Assembly (NCBI GenBank): GCA_030770535.1
Contig: JASVEC010000014.1
Coordinates: forward strand, 558,001-622,000
DNA length: 64,000 nucleotides
Reading direction: 5' to 3'
From: Batkoa obscura
Taxonomy: Eukaryota
Under the pieces are notes generated by a model. That model was not told the origin of the DNA. It saw only the letters and a list, made by a program, of their open reading frames with translations, and did no database searches. Made by a program: the position numbers and the translations under genes. Positions 53,607 through 64,000 of this stretch are shown in pieces (the stretch's first letter is position 1; each line of letters begins with the position of its first letter).

Positions 53607-55223
53607 TTATCTTTTATTAAAAATAATAGGGAGGTCAGAATACTTGGGACGAAGTACAAGGAAATATTCTGGTTGCATTAACTTTTCTATATCTTTTGAT
53701 TTATCTAATTGCATATCAAACGTTAAAAATAAGCTTGTTATGATCAGATACATCTCCATCCATCCTAACCTAATAAAACATTAATATTTAGTGTCTAAAT
53801 ATAATTAATAAATCATTACTCTCTACCAATACACGCTCTTGGTCCAATTAAAAATGGCAGACTTTTACCACGATTTAAAATTCCTTCCTCATTTAGCCAT
53901 CTTTCTGGTATAAATTCTTCAGGATTTTTAAATTGGTTTGTGCGATGGTAAACATAAAAGCATGTACCAATTTCAACCTATTAAATTTAAATGTTAGATC
54001 TTATGTGGTGTTATAAGGTATAAAAAATTACGTTTTCAGGTATAAAAGTATCATTGATGGAGACACCTCCAGGAGGGACAGTTCTAGCTAATAAACCAGA
54101 AGAAACAGGGAACAATCGCATAGCCTCTTGAATAACAGCTTCCATATATACTAATTTATTTTTACAGTCCAAATAATTAACATCATCTACAGATTTGAAA
54201 TTTTTGTCGATTTCCGACTGTATCTTTTTATACGCATCTGGAGATTTCAAAATTAGATAAATTGTCCAAATTATAGAATTACAAGTTGTGTCTGAACCAG
54301 CAATTAATTGTGTTAAGCATTCGGCCAGCAATTGTTGATCAGTTAGTCCGACACCATTGTCATCTCTAGCATTTATAAAATGTGTTAAAATGGTATTTCC
54401 TTCTTTTATATTTTCTTTTTTAGTATCTGAAATACAACCTAAAATAAACTCCTTCAAGTTTCTTTTACACTTTGGTTCAATAAATCTATAGATTCCAAAT
54501 ATTCCGTCCAACACTGCATAAATAGTTATGCTTTTCAACCAGTGAATAATAGGATCATCCAACTTTTCAAGAGTATTAAACTCTTTATTAAAAGTCAATT
54601 CTGCAATAATATCAAAAGTCAAAAGATGTATCTGTTGATATAGGTTACATTGCTTTTCTTTACTATTTTGCATCTTTTCAAGCAATTTTAATACTCCTCT
54701 TTCATGAACCATGGTTTCCATACTTAATACCGATTTGTTGTTAAAGGTGTTCTGTAGTAGCTTTTTCCTCTTTTGATGAAATTGACGGTCACCACTTGAA
54801 AATAGATTATCTCCAAAAGGCGTAAATATTTGATAGATTGGTCCTTTTGCATATTTATAACTTTGGTAAATTTCTTGAACTGCCTCAGAGTTTATAAATG
54901 ATATCCTATTAGGTGCTATAGATAAAAATTAATTCCATATTTCAGATGACAAAAACAAAAACTTACCTACTCTCACCATCGGGCCATAAATCTCATGTAA
55001 TTTCATATAATAATAGAATTGCTTTCCACATAGTCTATGGTAAGTTTCTATTATATTAGTATATTTACTATACCATGGTCCAGCAATATGGTTTAATTTA
55101 TCATAGTAATAACTAAGCCAGAGCTAAAAAAGTAACCGTTTAGTATTATAGATATTTAAAAAAAAAAAAAACTACTTTATAAACTATGTAACTTAATATT
55201 AATATTAAGATCCCGCTTAACAT
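53607..55223 (-). CDS. Cytochrome P450 monooxygenase (4 introns)
   Basis: N-terminal TM anchor, I-helix AGSDTT, EAMR (ExxR), PERW, heme motif PFLIGPRACIG. Confidence 0.93.
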
Positions 55224-56503
55224 AGTGAATTAAAAAAAAGTATATACAAATATTTTTCAATTTCAATTTTGTTTGATCAATTTAATTTTCAAGCTTGTTG
55301 ATCACTTTCATTTTATTGGCCTAACTTCATTTTGAGCTTCATTTTAGTATAGTGATTGCTAATTTTCAAATTGCTACTCATTTTTTAATTAATTTTAGTC
55401 GAATATCAGTGTTGTCTTACTATCACAGTATATCATCTATTAAGGTTTTATTAAATAAAAGCCTCTTTAATAGGCTTCTATAAATTAGATAACCTGATTA
55501 GCATAAAAAATGATAAAATAAGCTAATATTAAATTTTTAACTATTTTTATAATCTATCACCCAGTTAGTAGAAAACGAAACTAACCCAGATTAAAATATT
55601 TTGGGCTTCAGCTTTTAAGCAGGATTTTTTAGTTTTTGTATTTTTAAACTTCGGCTTTTTTTAAAAAACTAAGGGGTTCTATATTTTTAGTTGGCAAAAA
55701 TAGGAAAATCTTTTTAAAAAAATAAGATGAGATAAGATGAGATGCTCAATCTTTGTAAAAAGCGTAGTTTCATTTGAAAAGGATAAACATTGTTAACTGT
55801 AAACTATTTTTATAAATCCGTTACCATAGATAAAAAAAACTCATGAGTAATAGTAAAGTTTTAATAATACAAAACAAATAAGAAAAACAAAATTGCAATA
55901 AACGATTAAAACTTTTATTGTTTTTTTTAAAAGGAACAGGTTTTTGATACAATTTTCTATGCTCTTTATCTTTTGATAAAATGGTACTTTTTAAAAACCT
56001 TTTTTTAGTAAAACTAAAGCTTAAATCCTTCTACTTTTTAGAGCTCCACTTACACTTTAAATGTCTCAGAATTATTATTATAAAACCTAAAGAAGTGGCA
56101 TTACTAGTTAAAACACCAATATTAATTTTTAAAGCTTTAGTAAACTAAAATTAAAATTTATTTTGATTTATAATAACTAACAATAAAATGTTAGATAGTA
56201 TTTTTTTGGTATAAATAACTCACTTGAAAGATTAAAAGCTAACAATGTAATGGGAAAATCAACTATAAATACTAATCGAATCAGTATTTTATCCAATTAG
56301 GAATTTACTTTAAGAGTTATTGATGATTTTCCAAAACGTAACTTTTACTATTGCAATTTATTATCATCACCGCAAATGTCTTGCAATATTTGTGACATTT
56401 TAAGTGAAAAGGCCTTATAGCTTATCTTGGCATTAATACAAAGAATTTTGTTGCTGTTAAACTCGAAGTATTATTTAATATAAAATAAGTTTTATCTTAA
56501 GAT

Positions 56504-56585
56504 GGCAGTTTGTCCGAGTGGTTAAGGAGTCACACTCGAAATGTGATAGGCTCTGCCTGCACAGGTTCAAATCCTGTAGCTGTCG
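56504..56585 (+). tRNA. tRNA-Ser (CGA)
   Basis: Acceptor GGCAGTT/AGCTGTC; anticodon arm TCACA-CTCGAAA-TGTGA; long variable arm AGGC-TCT-GCCT; GGTTCAAATCC. Confidence 0.95.
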
Positions 56586-56772
56586 TATGTAATTGGTTTT
56601 GATTTTGGAACTTTTTTATCATATCAAGTATAAAATAGATATTCAAACTTTTCATTGAATTGGTAATTTATCTTTTTGAATTACTGTTCTGGGAGAAAAT
56701 TTAGAAATATTCAATAATTTTCAAAGTTTGTTTTTCAAAAAACTCAACCTAGTTTATTAACCATTTTGTAAA

Positions 56773-57857
56773 ATGTCAGGAGCACTGCCAAGTAATAATC
56801 AACAGGAAGTAAATAAACGCAAATATAGGGATATAGTAGAGCTCGAAGGGGCTTTAGGAATAGATAGAGATTATATACCCTTGGAAGAAGAAAAAAAGAA
56901 TAATGACAATCCCCCAGGTTATAACATGAAGGCAAGCTTACCAGTTGCTGAAAGACTATCTAATCCTAATGGTCCACCTGTTGACGGAATGGAGTATCTT
57001 TTGATGGTTAGGTATGATTTTTAATACTTTTTTATTTGTTTATTAATCAGTTTAGAAATGACGCCAAGTCGCTTCCAAATGTAGTCAGAAAACAACCACC
57101 ACCAACACAAAATATAATTTATGAGTCATCACCTTTACCAAGTGCATCATCTAAGAGGATAAGCCATTATGTTAGCTTATTACACAATAACTCGTACAGT
57201 GAGCCTAAAACGAATGACAACATTGATGCAGAATGGCAGTGTAATTTATTAACCAAATTCAAACAGCAAAAAGAAAGTTTTCACAATCATTTAAGAAATT
57301 TTGAAGCCAATGAGATTGAAACTGATTTTCCATTAAAAGGAAAAGAAAAGTCATTTTTTACTAATCAAACAGATGGCAAGTTTAAAACCCCAACCCCAAA
57401 ACTTTTAGCACAACTTAAATATCCCCATTTGATTATTTTATTGAGATATTTTGCTAACTCAGAAAGTTTTTCAAGTGGTTTAGGACCAGAATTGATATCA
57501 AGCGAACAGGTAAATAACTTACTGATAGTAGTATTTATACTAATTCTTTTAGTCACAATGGTTGTATTCTTTATTGCTAAGGTTGGATGACCTCTTGGAG
57601 GCAGACACCGTCGCCTTATTAAGAGATTTAGCCAGACGCTGCCTTGAACTTAGAAATAATGACTTGGTATGTTTAATATTATGATTGTCACAAGTTTTTT
57701 ATTTAGCTTCATCAGTACATTTGTAAACTATTATTAACTGAAATCTATTTAGACGCGGAAGTTTAGTTCCGAAGTGATTGAAGAGCATATTAAGTATTGT
57801 AATACAATAATTACCTTGGTAGCATATCATTTTGGCCAGAGGGATTTATTGATGTAG
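56773..57857 (+). CDS. GEMIN2: Gemin2/SIP1 (SMN-interacting protein)
   Basis: PPVDGMEYLLMVRNDAKSLPNVV; SQWLYSLLLRLD..LEADTVALLRDLARRC; IITLVAYHFGQRDL. Confidence 0.85.
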
Positions 57858-58361
57858 TATTTATTCACTGCAAATAGAAAAAAGGTAGAATAAGGTAGTA
57901 CTGAATTATCTGCCTTAGGTAATGTCATGTACTAGATTTAACAGTATTTAAAAAGGTCTTTACATCTATTAATAAACATGGTCTATAAATTTTACTTTCA
58001 GCTTAGATTTAATACAGCAATAAAACAATCTCCTTTTTCAATTTATCTAGTATATGGAAATGAGATCGATAGATGATTTATGTAAATTAGTTGTAAAAAA
58101 AAGAGAGAATAATAATTAGTATATTTTGATACAATTGTTTTTATCTTTGATGTCAACTTATGGTACTTCGACCTTGAAAATTTAAAATCACATAAATAAA
58201 ACATAATCTCAATTAAGACTGCAGTTTAATAAAAATAAGTTATTTACATAAATTTAGAGCAATAACGATTGTTAAAAATATGTTTGAGCGTTCAATATAT
58301 TATCATGGCTGCTTAAAAAGCACGAGACAATCAAATAACTATTGTTATATAGCTATTCATG

Positions 58362-60210
58362 TCAATTGAGCTCAATGAAAATGTCGAAGTTGTTTGGGTA
58401 TTGTAATAAATTGACAACATCTTCAGATTTTAATTCTACAAATAATTGACTAAACAATTGAAAAATCAATGAAGTTACCTAAGAGCAAATAAAAGGATAA
58501 GCTTGCTGATTCTCCTGAAGTCACCATATTTAATTCATTAAAATTTAACCTTCTTTTGTTTTTTAGCTGTTTTATTAAATTCTTTTTTGCTGTATCAAAG
58601 TTGTTTTCATCTAGAGTTTAATAAATAATAAGCCGAAACTACTAATATTTTACCTGGGGCATCTGGTGTATACAAACCTGGTAATCTAATTATCTTAACA
58701 AATAAACAAAAATAATAGAGTACTGAATTTACTTATTATCGATGGGGGTGTTTTTATTTAAATTGTCTAAAAGTTGTTATTTTTATTGCTAATATATGAA
58801 CGGTTTACTGTCATTAAGGGGATTTACATCAAAAATATCTTCATTTCTACTTTCTGTGTTTGGTATTAAGGACCCTAGTTTATTTATTTAGACATCATTG
58901 AATATAACTAGATTCGATACTGTATTTATCTAAATCAAGGTACGATTCTGCTTGCTTCTTATAATCGACGTAGTTCTAAAAGAGGGGTCAGTTTATTTTT
59001 TTGGAATATATTAAACCTTTTCATTCAAATCAATAGTATTTTCTTCTCGAGCTGTTTTTTTACAAACAATCTCTTTTTTCAACCTTGTAGCTTTATCGTT
59101 TACACATATAGAATCTGATCTCATGTTCCTCTTCACCCCTCTATTATCATTTATACAAGTAAGCAGATCTTCTAATAGCGGATTCAAAACCAGATATTGG
59201 CATTTATTTCCTATGTCCCACGTTCCAATTCTATCATCTACAGAACCAAGACTACCATTGATTACATTATCTGGTAAACTAATAAACTAGAAAATTGTTA
59301 AAATAAGAAATAACATAAAAAAAGTACATTCTCTTTTTCTATTATTGAAATATAACCTGCTTCATTAATATCCAAGTTGATGCTAAAAACAAGATATTAA
59401 AAGAATAACACAAATATAACGGTTACCCTTTGTCACACAAAAAATCATCCATTCTAACCGGGGCTTTTAAAATAGGATAGCTGTTTAGAAGTTGGTTATC
59501 TTTAATATTTAAATTGATGCCTATGAGCAAGTTATTAAGTGTTTCATTAAATAATTAATTTACTATATGGCCGGTTCGAATCATCTTTATTGATATCATA
59601 ATCAATTTCTATAAAGCCTTTTTCTAGAATTGACTACGGTATTCAGTAAAATACATGATATTTGATATAATATTTACCTCTATCTTATCTTTAACAGTTA
59701 ATTCTTTATTATACGAGTCTTTGATTGGAGATCCTTTTGTAATATATCAATGCGGATAATGGATAAGGTAAAGTAAATCCCTACCTTGTCTAGAAGTTTG
59801 GTCCTTAGTTAATTTGATCTTAGTTTTGTAGTCAACATTTTTTAAAGCTAAGTCTTAATAAAGTTAACAAGCTATTTTCTTTGACCGTCAAATATACCTA
59901 AGCATAGCTCTACTTTTTTGCTCAGAACCTTCACTACTCCCAATAAAAGATTTGCTGATACTCTTAAGTTTACTTTTTTAAAGCTTATTAGAATAGATTT
60001 ACTATCAAAAATTAATAGTCAGTTCAGCATATCATATTACATACCAAGCTTCTTTCAAATTTATACTTTGTATTTTGTGTACATTTACTTTATTTTTAAC
60101 CCCTAGTGTTGCCACAATCCTATCCAAAATTAAGACAACCTTATATCATAATATAATTACCATATTGTAGACAAGGAACTAAAATTTGAAGAATCAGAAA
60201 TTGATAACAT
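58362..60210 (-). CDS. REC8: Meiotic cohesin kleisin Rec8-like (about 13 short exons; possible extra 5' exon from 60291)
   Basis: Manual splicing gives N-terminal STIWIVATLGVK...KEACKSI...VNLRVSANLLLGVVKV and C-terminal winged-helix FNEL...SASLSFYLLLELKSEDVVNLLQ..NFDIFI; frame stays open across GT-AG introns. Confidence 0.8.
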
Positions 60211-60336
60211 AATCTACCAAAGTAACAATAAGAACAAATATATTATAGTACCTAAAAGCAATTTATATATTACAAAAAATGCATTAAACATCAAAAATTT
60301 ATTTGTCCTTATATGTTAATTTATTCAAAGTTTAAA

Positions 60337-60783
60337 TTAATAAAAAGTGCATTTGCGAATATCTACCTCACTTGAAGTACATGAGCCATAGCTTGGGTTA
60401 CGACATTTCCATCCATAATTAGAAGAAGTCCAGCATTTAGGCACACTATAACCTGTAACAGAGTAGGGCCTACCATATTTATCGTAACATTTAGCATTCT
60501 TAGGAGGGCATTTCTTTGTTGGTGGGATAACGGGATCATATTTGCACCTTGATATGTCATTATAAAGGCTTGACTTACCACAAGTACCATCATACCCTTT
60601 TCGAGTGCACATCCATTTCCCCTTGTTATTAAACCAACATTGAGGAGCGTTTTTATCAGTTGGAAGGTAAGAAACCCCACTACTAAAACACTTATCAGTA
60701 GCCTTTGGACAGTTGAATTTATAGTTCTGGCCTAAAACATAACTTGAGGAACTAACGAATATGAGTAGTAAAATTTTAATCAT
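60337..60783 (-). CDS. Small secreted cysteine-rich protein with two internal repeats
   Basis: Signal-peptide-like MIKILLLIFVSSSSYVLG; two repeats of CP...KC...PxCW...WxC...YxGxC/YGxC...DIxxC, 6 Cys each. Confidence 0.85.
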   Translation of the reverse strand: MIKILLLIFVSSSSYVLGQNYKFNCPKATDKCFSSGVSYLPTDKNAPQCWFNNKGKWMCTRKGYDGTCGKSSLYNDISRCKYDPVIPPTKKCPPKNAKCYDKYGRPYSVTGYSVPKCWTSSNYGWKCRNPSYGSCTSSEVDIRKCTFY

Positions 60784-61245
60784 TTTAATTCAATACTAAA
60801 CTTGATAAAAATATAGCTTCAAATCCTATTCCTTTTATACTTCTACGCGTACCTATTTCATGTGCGATGTAGTATGCCTTATTATTTAATATAAAGCCTA
60901 TTTTTATTTTAGAATGAAAAATTATAAGGCTTAAATATCAAGTTCCAGCTAATGTTACCAACCATGCTATTAATTTGACACATTTAATAATGCAGTAAAC
61001 ATAAGCATTAAACTTTGGTCAATTATAGAATATTATTAGCTCTATTCTTTTAATTTAATTATCAACATATAAAATGAACTCAGAATTCTAAGAAGCTGAT
61101 TTCTATGTTAAAATAGAAAGTTCCTTTACATAAAATCGATTTGAGGCTTTTAGTTTATTAAACTTTTTTTATTTTATAATATTTCATTGCTTTTTAGCTA
61201 AAATCATATTGAACTATTATAGTGAAATAAATATAACAAAACAAC

Positions 61246-61354
61246 ATTTGGGGATGTATTTTTGTGTTTAAAAATTTTACTAACAAATTTTCCGCTTAAA
61301 TAGCGCTTAAAAAATGGAAAAAATAATGAAGTCAAAAAAAACACTCCCATTTAG
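61246..61354 (-). mobile_element. MITE family A reverse copy
   Basis: tttggggatgtatttttgtgtttaaaaattttactaacaaattttccgcttaaatagcgctt...acactcccatttag. Confidence 0.85.
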
Positions 61355-61671
61355 TTATTTTCATTTATCTTTTATGCACTATATTTTTGGACGATTTAAA
61401 ATCGATCCTTTCTATTAAAGTCCAATGTTAATTTGACTTAAATCTAATTATATTAAATTTTATAATGGCTTTAATTAATGTAAAATTTTATTATAAGTAC
61501 TGAAATGTCTTTTTAAAAACATGTTAATATATTATATATAATCATAATGTTAAATAATTGTAAAATAACAGAATAAAGTAATTAAACTAAAATTCAAAAG
61601 TTGTATTTATATAGCTAAACATTCATTTTAAACTATTGTATTAAAAATAAATGCCGCTTAATTAGTTAAAA

Positions 61672-61778
61672 GATATGGGGATCTTTTTTTTGGTTTCATC
61701 ACCTTTTCCATTTTTAAGTGCCATTTGAGTGGAAAGATTGCTAGTAAAGTTCTTAAATAAAAGAATGCATCCTCTTAT
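61672..61778 (+). mobile_element. MITE family A copy
   Basis: atatggggatcttttttttggtttcatcacc...tttgagtggaaagattgctagtaaagttcttaaa...catcctcttat. Confidence 0.8.
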
Positions 61779-63625
61779 GTTGTATTTTAACACTAAAAAA
61801 CAAAAGCGCTCTTTAATCATCTAACTATCTTTAACTTTGATTAAAAGCTTTAGCAATAGGTTATGAAAAAACATAACCATCTACTCTTACTTTTTGCATT
61901 TACAGCAATATGAAGGTAAAAATACAAGATAAGGATTTTTTGTAATGCTATAGTGCAAAATTTAGAAGTTAGGCTTTTTCATACGATTTTGAAATTCAAC
62001 TACTTTGCTGTTTAGAATGTTGAGATGTTTTATTTAGAATTTGATGGGTTAATTTTTACTCTTTACCTTTAAGGGTGAACAAAATATGGAAAAGAAGCGA
62101 CACTCTTTTTCTTGAAAGACTTGTACCTCAAGTGCTTTACGTTGATAAATGAAGAATAGGCATAAAAAGCTGGTACTCCAAACACAGTATTATGAGGTGG
62201 TGTTCTGAAAAGTATGGGATTTCGCTCAGTATATCCTTACCTTTTATAGATTTGGATAAGCGGAAAGAGCTCCACTCTGATTCAAGCCATCTGAGGCTTT
62301 CCCGCTCAAGGGAAAGGAGATGAAGAGGCGTGGTTGTAGCCTGGAGAGAAAGTAAACTCTTATATAAAAATCCCAATGCGAGTAAGTTTTAATAGATCTT
62401 CCAAATTAATTAAAAAGCTTAAGAAATAAATAATTGGCATCATATTTTGAAATCTGCATTTAGAAAAAAAATAATGAGCTTTCTGAAAAAGTGCATTGTA
62501 AGTTTAAAACTGACATGTTTGAATTACAATAGTAAAAATGTAGCTAATATATATAACATAGCTTGCAGTAAGTAATATATTATTTTATAAGTGAAAAACA
62601 AAATAAAACCTTATGTTATTCTTTAATTCAAATTGACTACCAAAAATCTTAAGAGATTTTATTTAGAACCCAGACTTGTAAACTATCGAAAAAGATAAGT
62701 ATTTATTGATATTTATACATTAGTGAAACCCAAAAATGTATTATTGCTCAAATATACATAACTTGAGCAAAGTTTTATCTCTTTGTCTCATTATTTATGT
62801 AGTGAATGAATGCTATATTACTTATTTTCAAGTAATGTTCTTATTGGATTAACATAGCATATTCTATATGGTTTACAATCATGATTTTTATTAGAGAATA
62901 TAAACACTTTCTATAATTTATCAAGATGAAAAATCGAAAGTGCTCTTTACCCAAGCATTGTAATTTAATTATTAAATAGCTTTAATCATGATAATACTCA
63001 ATAAATAATTTGAAAATACCGCTTTTTTACTAAGTTTTATTAGTAAGCCAACTTGTAAAAAATAATATATTGAGTATACTAAAATGTATTAAAATCAATT
63101 AACTAAGGAATATTTGAATGACTTGATTTTTAGTGTGATTTTATAATTTCAAGGTATTATTTTTTCAAAATGCTAAAAGTAAAAATTTTATTTATAACAT
63201 TTTCCATATGAAGTAATTTTATTGAACTCCATCTCAAATTAAATAAAAACTAAAAAGTATTCCAAATAAATTTGAACAATGTATTAAATGAGCTGTAAAT
63301 ATTTTAAAAATTACAAGGTTACACATTTATGATATATTAAAGTTAAATTATTATTACATAATAAGTATATAATTTTGATAATATTTTATTTCGTAATAAG
63401 GCATATAAATCAACTGATTAAACTGAAATTGAAAAGCCTTCAATTTTGGGAATAACATAAAAATGGAGGTAGGTTTAATTAAATTCGAGTTTGATGACTT
63501 AATTTTGGGAAGTTTTACCAAATGACTAGAAATGCATTAAAAATAGTATATAAATACCTCAGGAAATGTTAAATTTTTGGAATAAATTAACTTAAATAAT
63601 TTTATTTTGTGGGTGGTAAAAGACA

Positions 63626-64000
63626 ATGGTAAACTTTAAACTACCAGTAGTGTATTTATTAGGAGGAAGTATTGGACTTGTCCTTGGACATGGCAATAAA
63701 TTTTATGGTGATCATGGAAGTCCGAAAACCGTTAGTTCAGTTGGACCTCAAGCTGATGATAGAAAAGCTTCTAGTGATTCTGATCCTCTTCCTATTCGTC
63801 CATTAGGTGAATGGGACATCAAGAAGCCACTAAGCGAAAAACTCAATTACAAAGTTAATGAAGCCACTTGGGTTAATGTAGATGTAAATCCTGAAGGCAG
63901 CGAGCTTATTTTTGATGTTCTTGGCGATATTTATACTCTCCCAATCACTGGGGGTAAAGCCAAACCACTTATTACTGGACCAGCCTTCGAAGTACAGCCT
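63626..64000 (+). CDS. Secreted TolB/PD40 beta-propeller protein (N-terminus of the amidohydrolase-TolB type), truncated by the window end
   Basis: MVNFKLPVVYLLGGSIGLVLG...VNEATWVNVDVNPEGSELIFDVLGDIYTLPITGGKAKPLITGPAFEVQP. Confidence 0.75.
   Translation, partial: MVNFKLPVVYLLGGSIGLVLGHGNKFYGDHGSPKTVSSVGPQADDRKASSDSDPLPIRPLGEWDIKKPLSEKLNYKVNEATWVNVDVNPEGSELIFDVLGDIYTLPITGGKAKPLITGPAFEVQP

Noticed and set aside
41654..55223. ODC-like enzyme, methyltransferase and P450 as a biosynthetic cluster
   Set aside because: Separated by housekeeping genes and long spacers; the methyltransferase is the conserved protein N-terminal methylase
56504..56585. Possible recoding or selenocysteine tRNA (long variable arm)
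   Set aside because: Anticodon is CGA with ordinary tRNA-Ser architecture; no in-frame TGA seen in the reconstructed genes
62137..62376. 79-aa minus-strand ORF
   Set aside because: Non-ATG start and no recognisable motif; overlaps the structured island, so probably incidental

Overview
Very AT-rich eukaryotic DNA with many short (about 40-100 nt) GT-AG introns and micro-exons. It looks like a gene-dense region of an early-diverging fungus; an entomophthoralean, Conidiobolus-like source is my inference only. About 30 protein genes were reconstructed by manual splicing: KHA1 (partial), MAF1, RCC1-like, PalB/calpain-7, WDR5, an RWD-like protein, a GPCR-like protein, two nitrilase-family paralogs, COQ1, TMA7, HAPSTR1-like, coactosin, Gti1/Pac2, LIN1, EI24-like, PQ-loop, bestrophin-like, MDM12, an ODC-family enzyme, SNRNP40, COX19, NTM1, a P450, Gemin2, REC8, a secreted Cys-rich protein and a TolB-like protein (partial). 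The window also holds tRNA-Glu(TTC), tRNA-Ser(CGA), cyclophilin and F-box pseudogenes, a decayed Tc1-like transposase and an 11-copy ~105-bp MITE family. Most notable: (1) an ornithine-decarboxylase paralog that keeps the PLP/catalytic residues but has lost both acidic substrate-binding residues; (2) a tandem Nit2 duplicate with a remodelled pocket; (3) an apparently intact REC8 that the ORF track misses entirely; (4) MITE copies arranged as inverted pairs; (5) two structured non-coding islands. All gene models and alignments were done by eye; exon edges may be off by a few bases.
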